Below, in pieces: positions 42,028 to 53,303 of a DNA stretch of 64,000 nucleotides. This DNA is from an uncultured delta proteobacterium. Its GTDB lineage: Bacteria > Myxococcota_A > Polyangia > Polyangiales > B10-G4. The notes under the pieces are model-generated. The model was given only the letters and a program-made list of their open reading frames with translations. It was not told the origin of the DNA and did not search any database. How positions within the stretch are numbered: the first letter of the stretch is position 1; the number at the start of each line of letters is the position of its first letter. Where the stretch lies: positions 1,248,001 through 1,312,000 of the forward strand of contig CAVSGI010000010.1 of NCBI GenBank assembly GCA_963727445.1. The letters are read 5' to 3'. Made by a program: the position numbers and the translations under genes.

Positions 42028-42801
42028 ATGCGAATCGCAGGCACGCTCATCGCCGCCCTCGTAATCGGGCTCACCCTTCCGCGCGTCGTTCTCGCCCAGA
42101 CCGACACGGACACCCAGCGGGCGCGCGACCTCTTCAGCGAGGGCGTGGAGCTCAGCGGCAGTGGCCAGTACGAGCAGGCCGCCGCGAAGTTCCAGGAGGC
42201 GTACTCGATCGTCCAGGCGCCGAACATCGCCTACAACCTCGCCGTCGCGCTGGTGGAGCTCGGCCATGTCGTCGATGCGTCCGAGTACGTGCAGGCGGTG
42301 CTCGACGATGCGGAGGCACCGCGCGACGTGCAGCGTCTCGCGACACAGCTGAAGGGCACGATCGACGCGCGCATCGGCCATCTGACCGTCACGCTGATTC
42401 AATCGCGCGGAACGGCGTCCATCCTCCTCGATGGGAGCTCCCTCGATGACGACCAGATCGGCGTCGCGGTGCCGGTGGACCCGGGCGACCACGTCGTCAC
42501 CGCGGAGCAGGGCGGCAACGTCCTCGAGCGCCAGCAAACCTCGGTCAGCGCCGGTCAGAGCCAGGACGTGATGCTCGACCCGACGACCTGGGCGTCGGGT
42601 GCGGCGCTGGACGCCGAGCTCTATGACGAGGCGCCTGCTGAGGAAGACGATGGAGGTGGGGGCTCCATCCTCGGCAAGTGGTGGTTCTGGACGGTGGTGG
42701 GGGTCGTCGTCATCGGCGGGGCCATCGCCATCGGCGTCGCCGCCTCCTCCACCGAGGGGCCGCTCGAAGGCAATACGACCCCGGCCGTGGGGAGGTTCTG
42801 A
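42028..42801 (+). CDS. TPR + PEGA-like protein with C-terminal membrane anchor
   Basis: Signal peptide; ARDLFSEG...AAAKFQEAY...NIAYNLA TPR; VDPGDHVVTAE; KWWFWTVVGVVVIGG TM; terminal Phe. Confidence 0.8.
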   Translation: MRIAGTLIAALVIGLTLPRVVLAQTDTDTQRARDLFSEGVELSGSGQYEQAAAKFQEAYSIVQAPNIAYNLAVALVELGHVVDASEYVQAVLDDAEAPRDVQRLATQLKGTIDARIGHLTVTLIQSRGTASILLDGSSLDDDQIGVAVPVDPGDHVVTAEQGGNVLERQQTSVSAGQSQDVMLDPTTWASGAALDAELYDEAPAEEDDGGGGSILGKWWFWTVVGVVVIGGAIAIGVAASSTEGPLEGNTTPAVGRF

Positions 42802-44363
42802 TGAAGTGGCTCGTCCCGATCGCGTGTCTCTGCCTGTTGGCTTTCGGCGCAGGCTGCTCGGCGCGAACGCAGATCATGGTCACCTCCGACACCAACCTGT
42901 CGGTGCCGGGGCAGATCGACGGCATCACCATCGAAGTGACCGGGCCCGACGGCAAGATGGTGACCGCCAACGCCAACGTGAACGCGCTTCCGGCGGTCTT
43001 CGGGGCCTACCACGAGAGCGGGCCCCTCGGTCCGGTCCGCGTGCACGTCGAGGGAACGCTCGGCGGCACCTTCGTCATCGCGCGTGATGCGACCCTGTCC
43101 TTCCAATCCGGTCGCACCGTGGTCCTGCCGATGAATCTCTACGCGGCGTGCCTCACCACGACATGCGCCGCCGGGCAGACGTGTGGCGATGGCGTCTGCC
43201 GGAACGTCGAAGTGGGCAACGCAGAGCTCTCTGACTGGACCGGTACCGCTCCCACCATCGACGGCGGGGCCGACGCCGGCACGGACACCGCGCCCGTCTG
43301 CACGCCTTTGATGGAGGCGTGCAACGGTCGCGACGACGACTGCGACGGCCGGGTCGACGAGAGCTTCGACCGGATCCTCGAGTCGTGTAACGCGCGCGAC
43401 GACGACTGCGACGGGTCGATCGACGAAGACACCGACATGATCCCCGAGGAGTGCAACGGGATGGACGAGGACTGCGACACCCTCGTCGACGAAGGCTTCG
43501 ATGGCATCGCCGAGCTCTGCGACGGGGTCGACCAGGACTGTGACGGCATGGTGGACGAGGGTTTCGACGGCATCGCGGAGATCTGCGACGGCCTCGACCA
43601 GGACTGCGACTCGGTCGTGGACGAAGGCTTCGACCTGATGACGGACCTGATGAACTGCGGCTCCTGCGGCAACGAATGCATGCTCACCAACGCCACCCCG
43701 GTGTGCACCGCGGGCGTCTGCGCCATCGAGAGCTGCGACGGGACGTTCCTCGACTGCGACATGGACGCCACCACCGGCTGCGAAGTCGACTCGGACACCG
43801 ACGACGCCAACTGCGGGATGTGCGGAACGGTTTGCGGCCTGGGCGCGAGCTGCGGAACCGGCGCCTGCGCCTGCACCCCGCCGCTGGTGATGGGTACGTC
43901 GAGCTGCGTGGATCTCGCGCGCGACCCGGAGAACTGCGGCGCGCTGGGCATGGCCTGCGCGGCGACGCAGGCGTGTAGCGGCAGCATCTGCGTGTGCCGT
44001 CCGGGGCTGATGGACGACGGGATGGGCGGTTGCGTGGACGTGGACATCGACCCGCTCAACTGTGGCTCGGTCGGCAACGATTGCGGCGGCAACGTCTGTC
44101 GCGCCGGCACCTGCCGCGCCTCCTGCGGCCCGCTCACCACCTGCGGCGATGCGTGCACTACCGTCACCAGCGACGTCTTCAACTGCGGCGCCTGCGGCAT
44201 CGCATGCGGCGTCAGCCAGGTGTGCTCGAGCAGCATGTGCCGCGACTACGTGGTCGGCGTGGAATGCACGTCGTGTCCGTGCGCCGCCTGCGCGGCCACG
44301 GACACCTGCTGCGAATACCCGACGGCAGGGGACGTGATCTGCGTCGACGGCCCCTGCCCCTGA
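42801..44363 (+). CDS. Cys-rich lipoprotein with five short MopE-like repeats and DxxNCGxxG (STIG1-like) repeats
   Basis: TGATG coupling with upstream gene; lipobox FGAGC; 21-aa CxxxDxDCD repeats; DLMNCGSCG, DPENCG, DPLNCG, DVFNCGACG. Confidence 0.85.
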   Translation: MKWLVPIACLCLLAFGAGCSARTQIMVTSDTNLSVPGQIDGITIEVTGPDGKMVTANANVNALPAVFGAYHESGPLGPVRVHVEGTLGGTFVIARDATLSFQSGRTVVLPMNLYAACLTTTCAAGQTCGDGVCRNVEVGNAELSDWTGTAPTIDGGADAGTDTAPVCTPLMEACNGRDDDCDGRVDESFDRILESCNARDDDCDGSIDEDTDMIPEECNGMDEDCDTLVDEGFDGIAELCDGVDQDCDGMVDEGFDGIAEICDGLDQDCDSVVDEGFDLMTDLMNCGSCGNECMLTNATPVCTAGVCAIESCDGTFLDCDMDATTGCEVDSDTDDANCGMCGTVCGLGASCGTGACACTPPLVMGTSSCVDLARDPENCGALGMACAATQACSGSICVCRPGLMDDGMGGCVDVDIDPLNCGSVGNDCGGNVCRAGTCRASCGPLTTCGDACTTVTSDVFNCGACGIACGVSQVCSSSMCRDYVVGVECTSCPCAACAATDTCCEYPTAGDVICVDGPCP

Positions 44364-44375
44364 TCTGACGCGCGC

Positions 44376-45643
44376 TCAGCGGGAGCCGCAGTCGGCGCAG
44401 TCGGTGCCGTAGTCGCAAGCCGCGAACTCCGACCCCGGCCCACCGTCGTCACACACGCCGTCCCCCGCCCAGGAGCAGGTGTTGCTGCATCCGCCCGTAC
44501 CCGTGGGGGTCGGCGAGGGCGCGGGAGCCGGGGCGCTTCCATCGCGCGCCCCGCAGTCCGTGCAGTCGGTGCCATAATCGCAAGCCGCGTACTCGGAGCC
44601 AGGCCCACCGTCGTCACAGAAGCCATCGCCCGCCCACCAGCACGTGTCCGAGCAACCTGCCGCACCCGTGGTGGGTGTCGGGGCCGGGGCAGGCGCCGGG
44701 GCGCTTCCGTCGCGCGCTCCGCAGTCCGTGCAGTCGGTACCGTAGGCGCAGTCGCCATACTCGGCGCCAGGCCCACCGTCGTCGCAGACGCCGTCTGAGG
44801 CCCACTCGCAGGTGTCGGTACACGTGGCGCCCGTCGCACTCGCCGAGTCGGCGGGGGTGTCGGTCGTGGGCGGCGGCGCCGGGGTGTCGGCGGGTGCGGG
44901 AGCCGGCGCGCCGGAGTCGACACCCGAGCGGATGAAGTCGAGGAACACGTCGATACGCGTGTAGTTGCCCATGGTGAGGCAGGTGTCGTCACCCCACGAG
45001 GTGACGCCCGCGAGGTAGAGCGTGCCGCCCACGTCGAAGAAGGCGGGACCACCCGAGTCACCATGGCAGGCCGTGCGCCCGCCGACGGTGTCGTAGCGCC
45101 AGGTCCCGGCGTCGACGGCGGCGACGTTGACCTTCACGTGTCGCTTGATGCCAGCGCCCGTGTTGGCCGGACCGTCGCTCACGCCGTAGCCCACCAGCGT
45201 CATCTCCGCACCCACCGTCACCGCCGACTCGTAGAGCGGCGACGTGGCCCGCGGGACGTCAGTGGCCAGCGTGAGGAGGGCAACGTCGTTCTGGGGAACG
45301 CCGGTCCCGACGTAACTCGGGTGGAGCGTCACGGCGGACACCTCGGTCAGACTCGAGGAAGACGCGTCCGAGCCCTGCCCGAAGCGCACCTCGGCCGGGG
45401 TGATGGTGCGGCCTATTTGATTGACGCAATGCCCGGCGGTCAGCACGGTACGCGCCCCGATCACCGTCCCGGTGCAGAACGGCTGACCGTCCGGTGTCGC
45501 GAGGAAGCCGACCGTCGGGTAGGCCCCCCCGACACGGTGCCGTTGACGATGGCGTGGGTCTTCGTGTCGTTGAAATCCGACTTGCCCCCCACGGCGCAAC
45601 CCGTGAGCCCCATCGCGACGACCAACATGACTGCTTCTCTCAT
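44376..45643 (-). CDS. trypsin-like (S1) serine protease lipoprotein with three Cys-rich C-terminal repeats (frameshift near 45535)
   Basis: LTAGHC, NDVALL, GDSGGP triad motifs; IVNG after propeptide; three CDDGGPGxExxxCxYGTDCxDCGxR repeats. Confidence 0.88.
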
Positions 45644-45852
45644 TCGTGACCTCCTGCCCTGCCGCCCCGGAGCTGTGCAAAGTGCAGGCCGCCCTTCAAT
45701 CGCCACGAAGCGCCGGGATTAAGAGGGTCGTGGGGACCCATCACCCCGTGATCGGGGAGCAGCCGCTGAGTGCAGGTGACAGGCGAACGCGAGACTCCGT
45801 TGCCGAGGCCGGTTCCGTGGGTCAGTCTGCGCACCCGCACGGGAGGCTACGC

Positions 45853-47080
45853 ATGAGTTCGATTCGGATCGACGGCGACAGGCTTTGGAACAGCCTGATG
45901 GAGATGGCGAAGATCGGCGCGACCGAGAAGGGCGGCGTCTGCCGCCTGGCGCTCACCGACGTCGACAAGGCGGCGCGCGACCTCTTCGTGAAGTGGTGTG
46001 AGGAGGCTGGCTGTGAAGTCACCATCGACCAGATGGGAAACATCTTCGGCCGCCGGCCCGGCAAGAACGCGGACTCGCCTCCGGTCATGACCGGGAGTCA
46101 CATCGACAGCCAGCCCACCGGCGGGAAGTTCGATGGCATCTACGGCGTGCTGTCCGGGCTCGAAGTGATCCGCACCCTGAACGATGCGGGCATCGAGACC
46201 CAGGCCCCCATCGAGGTCTCCGCGTGGACCAACGAAGAGGGCTCACGCTTCGCCCCGGCGATGGTCTCTTCCGGCGTCTTCGCCGGGGTCTTCGATCTCG
46301 AGTACGGGCTCGGCCGAGCCGACCTCGACGGCAAGACCATGGGCGAGGAGCTCGAGCGCATCGGCTATGCGGGTGAGGCGCCGGTCGGCAAGCCCGTAAA
46401 GGCTTTCTTCGAGGCGCACATCGAGCAGGGCCCGATCCTCGAGGCGGAGAAGAAGACGATCGGCGTCGTGACCGATGCGCAGGGTCAGCGCTGGTACGAA
46501 TGCACCTTCACCGGGCAGGAGGCGCACGCCGGCCCGACGCCGATGAGCACGCGCCGCGACGCGCTGGTGGGGACGGCGCGCGTCATTCAGGCCGTCAACG
46601 AGATCGGCCTCGCGAACGCGCCCCTCGCCTGCGCCACCGTCGGTCTGGTTCAGGTGCACCCCAACTCGCGCAACACCATCCCCGGCCGCGTCTTCTTCGC
46701 GATCGATCTTCGTCATCCCGACGACGCGACCCTGTCCGAGATGGACGCCGACCTGCGCAGAGCGGTCGCCGGGGCGGCCGAAGACCTGAAGCTCCAGGCC
46801 GAGCTCGAAGAGATCTGGTATTCGCCGCCGGTGCCGTTCGACCGCGAGTGCGTCGACGCCGTGCGGAGGTCCGCCGAGAAGAACGGCTACGCCCATCGCG
46901 ACATCGTCTCGGGCGCCGGCCACGACGCCTGCTACATCGCGCGCGTCGCGCCGACCGTCGATGGTGTTCATCCCCTGCGAGGACGGCATCAGCCACAACG
47001 AGATCGAGAGCGCCACCAAGGAAGACTGCGCCGCCGGCTGTCAGGTCCTCCTCGAGGCGATGCTCGAACGCGCGGGCTGA
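45853..47080 (+). CDS. M20 Zn-dependent hydrolase (N-carbamoyl-amino-acid / beta-ureidopropionase / allantoate amidohydrolase family; frameshift near 46960)
   Basis: GSHIDSQPTGGKFDG, NEEGSRF, EAHIEQGP, HAGPTPM, SGAGHDA; continues as MVFIPCEDGISHNE in a shifted frame. Confidence 0.9.
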
Positions 47081-47133
47081 CCGGAGCGCTGCACGGGGTT
47101 GCGCCCCGCCCTCAACTGCTCCAGGCAGGCGAC

Positions 47134-47554
47134 GTGAACGACGCACGACGAAAGCTCGCCGCGGACCTGGGCTTGCTGCTCCTCCGCGTGGGGGTCGGCG
47201 GATTCATGCTCTTCGGGCACGGCCTCGAGAAGGTCGCGCGCTACGCCGAGCTCTCCGAGAGCTTCTCCGACCCGCTCGGCGTCGGGGCTCCGACCAGCCT
47301 CGCCCTCGCCGTCTTCGCCGAAGTCGTCTGCGCAGCGCTGGTGATGGCGGGAGCCGCCACACGGGTGGCGATCGTGCCCTTGGTGATCACCATGCTGGTG
47401 GCGGCGCTCATCGTCCACGATGGAGATCCCTGGTCGAAGAAGGAGTTCGCGCTCCTCTACGCCATCCCCTTCGTGACGCTCGGCTTCACCGGCGCGGGAC
47501 GCTTCTCGGTGGACGCGTGGTGGACCAGGCGGCGGGAGCGCCATCGACAATTGA
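47134..47554 (+). CDS. DoxX family membrane protein
   Basis: LGLLLLRVGVG...HGLEK...FAEVVC...KEFALLY...GAGRFSVD; end uncertain (in-frame stop is 47718; TGA at 47552-47554 if there is one indel). Confidence 0.8.
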
Positions 47555-49880
47555 TCACTCCGCGGCGGCTTCGCGGGCGACGCTCTTTCGCAGCGCCTCG
47601 ATGGCCCAGAAGATCGCCTCCGGCGTCGAAGGGCAGCCGAGGTCGACCCGCTCCGGTGCCTCGCCGAAGGCGGCCACGGCGTCGCGGATCGCTTCGCGCA
47701 TGCTCAGAGCGAGCATGAAGGGAGGCTCGCCCACCGCCTTGCTGCCCTTGATCACCGTGGGCTCGGCCGCTTTGGGGAGCATCTCCACGCGAAAGTCCTC
47801 GGGGCACTCGCCGAGGGTCGGCAGCTTGTAGGTGGACGCGCCGAAGGTGCGCAGAACGCCCGCGTCGTCCCAGACCAGCTCTTCGCTGGTGAGCCACCCG
47901 ACGCCCTGCGCGAAGGCGCCCTCGATCTGGCCGCGGTCCACGAGCGGCGAAACCGAGCTCCCGACGTCGTGCAGGATGTCCACGCGACGGATCTCGAACA
48001 TGCCCGTGAAGCCGTCGACCTCGACCTCGCTCACCGCCGCGCCGTACGCGTAGTAGTGGAACGGCTTGCCGCGTCCAGCGTCGGCGTCGTAGGCGATGTG
48101 CGGCGTCCGGTAATACCCGGCCGCGCTCAGCTGGGTGCGCTCGAGGTAAGCGCGGCGCGTGAGCTCGGAGAAGGCGATGGCATCGCCAGCGCGATCGAAG
48201 GGATAAACGCGACCCTGTTCGAAGACGATGTCCCCCGGCGGCCGCGAGAAGACGCGCCCCGCCACCTCGGCGAGACGCTCGCGCAGCTGGTCGCACGCAT
48301 CCTGTACCGCCGCGCCGTTCAGGTCCGTCCCGGAGGACGCGGCGGTCGCGCTGGTGTTGGGTACCTTGTCGGTCCGCGTCGGCATGAGGCGCACCGCATC
48401 GAGCGGGACTCCGAGCCCATCCGCGGCGATCTGCAGCATCTTGGTGTGCAGGCCCTGACCCATCTCGGTGCCGCCGTGGCTCACCTGCACGCTTCCGTCG
48501 GCGTAGATCAGCACCAGCGCCCCCGCCTGATTGAAGAAGGCGGTGGTGAAGGAGATGCCGAACTTCACGGGGGTGATCGCGAGCCCCCGCTTCCTGTGTG
48601 GGCTCTTCGCGTTGAACGCCTCGACCTCGCGCCGCCGCGTCTCGATGTCGCTGCTCTTCTCGAGGCCGCGCCAGATGCGCTCGATGCGGCCCGCGTCCTT
48701 GATGAGCTGGCCGTAGTGGGCGTGTTGGCCTTCGCGATAGAAGTTCCGCTCGCGCACGATCATCGGATCGATCCCGAGCGTGCGCGCGATGCGGTCGAGG
48801 ACCTCCTCGCAGACCACCATCCCCTGAGGACCGCCGAAGCCGCGGAACGCGGTGTGCGAAGTCGTGTTCGTCTTGCACACGCGCCCCACCACGCGCGCGT
48901 GGGGAAGGTTGTAGGCGTTGTCCACGTGGAACATCGCGCGGAACATCACCGGCTCGCTCAGGTCCAGGCTCCAGCCGCCGTCGGAGTAGAGCTCGATCTC
49001 CACGCCGCGGATTCGCCCGTCGTCGTCGAAGCCAGCTCGGTAGCGCCCGAGGAAGGGATGCCGCTTGCCGGTGAGGATGAAGTCGCGTTGCCGGTCGAGG
49101 CGCACGCGCACGGGGCGTCCGGTGGCGTGCGCGCCGATGGCAGCCATCGCCGCCCACGGATTCGCCTGGACCTCCTTGCCGCCGAAGGCCCCGCCCATGC
49201 GAAGGGACTGACAGGTCACCGCGTTCTTCTCGAGGCCGAGCACCCGCGCGCAGATCTCCTGCGTCTCGCTCGGATGCTGGGTCGAGCTGTGCACGAAGAG
49301 GGCCCCGTCCTCGTCGTAGTAGGCGAGCGCCGCCTGCGTCTCGAGATAGAAGTGCTCCTGCCCGCCGACGTGGAGCTCGCCTTGCACCGATGTGCGCGGC
49401 GTCGGCGATGGCCTCGGCGGGCGTTCCGCGGTGGATCACCAGCGCGTCGGTGTGGAAGCTCTCGGCCTCGATGGCCGCCTCGATCCCCACGATGGGCGCG
49501 AGCTCCCGATACGCGACCTTCACCGCCGCCGCACCCAGCTTCGCGGCCTCGACGCTCTCGGCCAGCACCCAGCACACCGCCTGGCCGTGATAGACGACGA
49601 CCTCCGGAAAGAGCGGCTCGTCGCGGCGCGCCGCGCCCGTGTCGTTCTCTCCCGGCACATCCTCGCGCGTCAGCACCCGCACCACCTCGGGCACCTCGTA
49701 GGCCGCACCGGGATCGATCGTCACCACCTCCGCGTGCGCGTGCGGCGCCATCACCGGCCAGGCGTGGAGCATCCCGTTGTACCGGTCGACCAGGTCGTCG
49801 GTGTACATGGCGGCGCCGGTGACGTGACCGCGCGCGCTCTCGTGGGGGATGGCCTTGCCGACGTTCTTCTCGCTCTTCAT
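47555..49880 (-). CDS. xdhB: xanthine dehydrogenase molybdopterin-binding subunit (frameshift near 49390)
   Basis: HESARGHVTG, GGQEHFYLE, MGGAFGGKE, TAFRGFGGPQG, GTEMGQGL, SKAVGEPP. Confidence 0.92.
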
Positions 49881-51274
49881 GGCAGGACGCCTCCCATCTG
49901 CGTGTCGGCGTGGAGCTTCATCAGGAGCTGCTCCACCATCGCTCTGCGATACGCGTCACTGCCGCGGTGGTCGGTGATGGGGGTCAGGGTGTTGCGAAGC
50001 ACTGCGCACGCCCTCTGGGCGCTCTTCGCGGTGAAGCGCTCGCCCAGCAGCGCCTTTTCAGCGTCGTGCGCCCGGATGGGCGTCGCCGCGACCCCGCCAT
50101 AAGCCAGCCGGGCCGACGTCACCCGCTCGTCGTCGTCGAGGTCGAGGGCGAAGGCCGCCGCGACGGTGCTGATGTCGTCGAGCACTCGTTTGCTCACCTT
50201 GTAGAAGCGGCCGATCCGCGGGAAAGGCTTGGGGATCCGCACCGCGAGCACCACCTCCCCCTCGGCGAGCCCGGTCTGCCGATACCCGGTGAAAAACCCG
50301 TCGAGAGGCACCACGCGCTCTCCCTTCGCCGACCCCAGGATCAGCTCGGCGCCGAGGGCGAGGAGCGCCGGCGGGCCATCGCCGATGGGAGACGCGTTGA
50401 CCAGGTTGCCGCCGAAGGTGGCGCGGTTGCGAATGAGACGCGACGAGAAGAGCGGGAGCAGCTCGCAGAGCATCGGCACTTGGCCGTCCACGCGCTCCTC
50501 GACCCGACTCAGTGGTACGCCCGCACCGATGATCAACGCTTCGTCCGTCTCGTCCCAGCGGAGGAGCTCGGCCACGCCCTCGAGCGAGACGATGGTCTCG
50601 AAGCGCGAGTCGCGCTGATTCACCTCGACGACCACGTCGGTTCCACCGTTGACGAGCTTGGCGTCGGGCTCCGCCGACAGGATGTCGTAGAGCTCGGAGA
50701 GATTCGCGGGTCGATGGAAGCGACGACTGCCCCCGTTCGTCTTCACCGAGACCAGCGCCTCGGCGCCGGAGGCGAGGCGGGCGGCGAAGCGGTCGCCCTC
50801 CGGCACCGGGCCCATGCTCCGCGCCGCATCGCGAATCGGCCGATAGCCGGTACAGCGGCAGAGGTTTCCGCCCACGGACTCCGGATCGTATCCATCGCGT
50901 CCCGGCCGGTAGTACTCGGCGAAGAGGCTCACCACGAACCCCGGCGTGCAGTAGCCACACTGCGAGCCGCCCTGCTCCACCATCGCCGCCTGCACCGGAT
51001 GCAGCGTCTGTCCCGACGCCATTCCCTCGACGGTCACCAGCTCCTGACCCGCCATCGCCGAGGCCAGCACCAGACAGCTGTTGATGGCTTCGTAGCGCGC
51101 CCCGTCGCCGAGGTCGCGCAGGAGCGCCACCGCACAGGCGCCGCACTCCCCTTCCGCGCATCCCTCCTTCGCGCCGGTGAGGCCGTGCCGGCGAAGAAAC
51201 CACAGCAGGGTCTCGTTGGGATCGACACCTTCGAGGGACAGGATCTCGCCGTTGACCGTGACTGCAGCCGTCAT
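49877..51274 (-). CDS. xdhA: xanthine dehydrogenase small subunit (2Fe-2S + FAD)
   Basis: KEGCAEGECGAC, SQCGYCTPG, GNLCRCTGY, IRNRATFGGN, KVSKRVLDDIS; ATGA overlap with xdhB. Confidence 0.92.
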   Translation of the reverse strand: MTAAVTVNGEILSLEGVDPNETLLWFLRRHGLTGAKEGCAEGECGACAVALLRDLGDGARYEAINSCLVLASAMAGQELVTVEGMASGQTLHPVQAAMVEQGGSQCGYCTPGFVVSLFAEYYRPGRDGYDPESVGGNLCRCTGYRPIRDAARSMGPVPEGDRFAARLASGAEALVSVKTNGGSRRFHRPANLSELYDILSAEPDAKLVNGGTDVVVEVNQRDSRFETIVSLEGVAELLRWDETDEALIIGAGVPLSRVEERVDGQVPMLCELLPLFSSRLIRNRATFGGNLVNASPIGDGPPALLALGAELILGSAKGERVVPLDGFFTGYRQTGLAEGEVVLAVRIPKPFPRIGRFYKVSKRVLDDISTVAAAFALDLDDDERVTSARLAYGGVAATPIRAHDAEKALLGERFTAKSAQRACAVLRNTLTPITDHRGSDAYRRAMVEQLLMKLHADTQMGGVLP

Positions 51275-51400
51275 GCACGAAAATCCTATCGAATCAGCGG
51301 CGCTGGTGCCACGTTCCCAGCGCCCCCGAGCGCCCTTCACCCCGCCGGTCCGGCCGATCCGGTCTTGTGTTCTGGGACGAGGGCGGTAGGGTTCGCGGCC

Positions 51401-52180
51401 ATGCTGAACAAGACTTTCATGGTGGTGCTCGGGATCGTCGCCAGCCTGGTCGCCGGCTGCACGGCTGAGCTCGAGGAACAGAACGCGGACCTTCGGCGCC
51501 AGCTCGAGGCGCTCCAGTCGGAGCACGACGAGACCCTGGCCCGCCTCACGGAGCTCCAGCAGGAGAACGACCAGATGGTCGCGCGCCTCAACGAGGCCGG
51601 AGCCAACTTCGAGAGCCTCGAGGAGGCACGGAACACCTGCGCCCGTCAGCTCCAAGAAGCACGCGCACGTGAGGCCGCTCAGCAGGCGCGCCTCGCGAGC
51701 TTCCGCCGGGTGATCGAGCAGTTCCGCGCGCTCACCGAGTCCGGTCAGCTCCGTGTGCGCATCGTCCGCGGTCAGATGGTGGTCGAGCTGCCCGAGGGCA
51801 TCCTCTTCGACTCGGCCCGCGCCGACCTCAAGGAGGACGGGGAGGAGACCCTCGAGCAGGTCGCGGGCGTGCTCGCCAGCATCGAGAACCGACGCTTCCT
51901 CATCGCCGGGCACACGGACAACATCCCGATCCGCAGCCGCCGCTTCGCGTCGAACTGGGAGCTCTCCGCCGCGCGCGGCGTGGAGGTCGCCAAGTTCCTC
52001 GCCGAGCACGGCGTCAGCCCCGAGAACCTCGGCGCCGCCGGCTACGCCGACACCCAGCCGCTGAACGACAACTCCACCCCGGAGCTACGCGCGCAGAACC
52101 GCCGCATCGAGATCGTCATCCTGCCGAACCTCGACGAGCTCCCCGACCTGTCGCAGCTCGAGACCGAGCTCGAGGGCTGA
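51401..52180 (+). CDS. OmpA/MotB-family peptidoglycan-binding lipoprotein with coiled coil
   Basis: Lipobox LVAGC; ILFDS, AGHTDN, NWELSAAR, NRRIEI. Confidence 0.9.
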   Translation: MLNKTFMVVLGIVASLVAGCTAELEEQNADLRRQLEALQSEHDETLARLTELQQENDQMVARLNEAGANFESLEEARNTCARQLQEARAREAAQQARLASFRRVIEQFRALTESGQLRVRIVRGQMVVELPEGILFDSARADLKEDGEETLEQVAGVLASIENRRFLIAGHTDNIPIRSRRFASNWELSAARGVEVAKFLAEHGVSPENLGAAGYADTQPLNDNSTPELRAQNRRIEIVILPNLDELPDLSQLETELEG

Positions 52181-52280
52181 GCGGCCCCACGCTCGCCTGC
52201 GCATCGCGCCCGGAGGCCCTCGGTCTCCGGGCGCAAACGTTTGGTTCGACCGGGTGCGAGTCCTGCGCCATCCTCCGCGC

Positions 52281-53291
52281 ATGAAGAGCGCCCTCTGCCT
52301 GCTCTGCCTCCTCTGCCCGCTGCTCGCGCTCGGCTGCGGCGGTGACGAAACGCCGATGCCGCCCGAGCTCGAGTTCACGGTGGTGACCTTCAACACGGGG
52401 ACCACCGCGTCACTCGCTGATGAGAGCCCCGATGATGGTTGGACCCCCGAGCAGGCGACGATCTCGGACATGTACTACGGGGATGGGCTCGCGTGGGTGC
52501 CCGCGGTGGAGGCGGTCACGCGCTTCTTCGCGGACGCGCAGCCGGAGATCGTCGCCTTTCAGGAGATCTTCTACTCGGGGGAGTGCGAGATGATCCCCGC
52601 GGAGTTCTACCCCTCCTTCGTCTGCGAGACGTGGACGGCTGGAGATCCCACCGTCGCCAACGTCGTCCTCGGCGCCGGCTATCAGGTCGCCTGCAATCTC
52701 GGCAAGCCCGACAAGTGCATCGCCGTTCGGCGCGACTTCGGCACCATCCGCGGCTGCGACTCCGACCTCTGCCTCGATCATCTCGACGGCGCGCGCGTCC
52801 CCGATTGCGGCGGCGGCTCTCGCGTCGGCAGGGCGCGCGTGGACCTGGTAGACGGCGGCACCATCACGGTCGTGGGACTTCAGGGCACGAGCGGCATCAC
52901 CGTCGACGACATGGGCTGCCGCCAGCAGCAGTTCGATCAGGTCTTCGTGGATCTGGGCACCGGCGACGGAGAGCCCGCGGCCAACGGCACGGCCAACATC
53001 ATCATGGGCGACCTCAACACCGACCCGGTCCAGTTCGCAGACGGCGACACGAGCGCCGCCACTTTTTCGCAGTTCGTGGGTGACGGGAAACCCTTCCACT
53101 TCGTGAACGACGTCGGACGAACGGCGACGCCGACCTACGCGCTTTTCATCATCGACAACGTGGTGAGCGACGTCTTCGACGGCCAGTGCGAGGTCCCCGG
53201 CGTCACCGAAGGCGTCCCCGCCGTTCTCGCGGATTCCTACTTCGACCACAAGCCACTGGTCTGCCACGTGGGCGGGGACCGACCGGACTGA
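52281..53291 (+). CDS. endonuclease/exonuclease/phosphatase (EEP) family lipoprotein
   Basis: Lipobox LALGC; VVTFN, VAFQE, IMGDLN, IDNV, FDHKPL. Confidence 0.8.
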   Translation: MKSALCLLCLLCPLLALGCGGDETPMPPELEFTVVTFNTGTTASLADESPDDGWTPEQATISDMYYGDGLAWVPAVEAVTRFFADAQPEIVAFQEIFYSGECEMIPAEFYPSFVCETWTAGDPTVANVVLGAGYQVACNLGKPDKCIAVRRDFGTIRGCDSDLCLDHLDGARVPDCGGGSRVGRARVDLVDGGTITVVGLQGTSGITVDDMGCRQQQFDQVFVDLGTGDGEPAANGTANIIMGDLNTDPVQFADGDTSAATFSQFVGDGKPFHFVNDVGRTATPTYALFIIDNVVSDVFDGQCEVPGVTEGVPAVLADSYFDHKPLVCHVGGDRPD

Positions 53292-53303
53292 TACACTGGG
53301 AAG

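Noticed and set aside
45646..47718. Hydrolase-DoxX fusion protein (690-aa ORF)
   Set aside because: The conserved hydrolase C-terminus (MVFIPCEDGISHNE, stop 47080) is in another frame; the apparent fusion results from one indel near 46960.
51401..52180. Flagellar motB
   Set aside because: It has a lipobox and coiled coil instead of the MotB TM helix with its conserved Asp; no motA or flagellar genes are adjacent.
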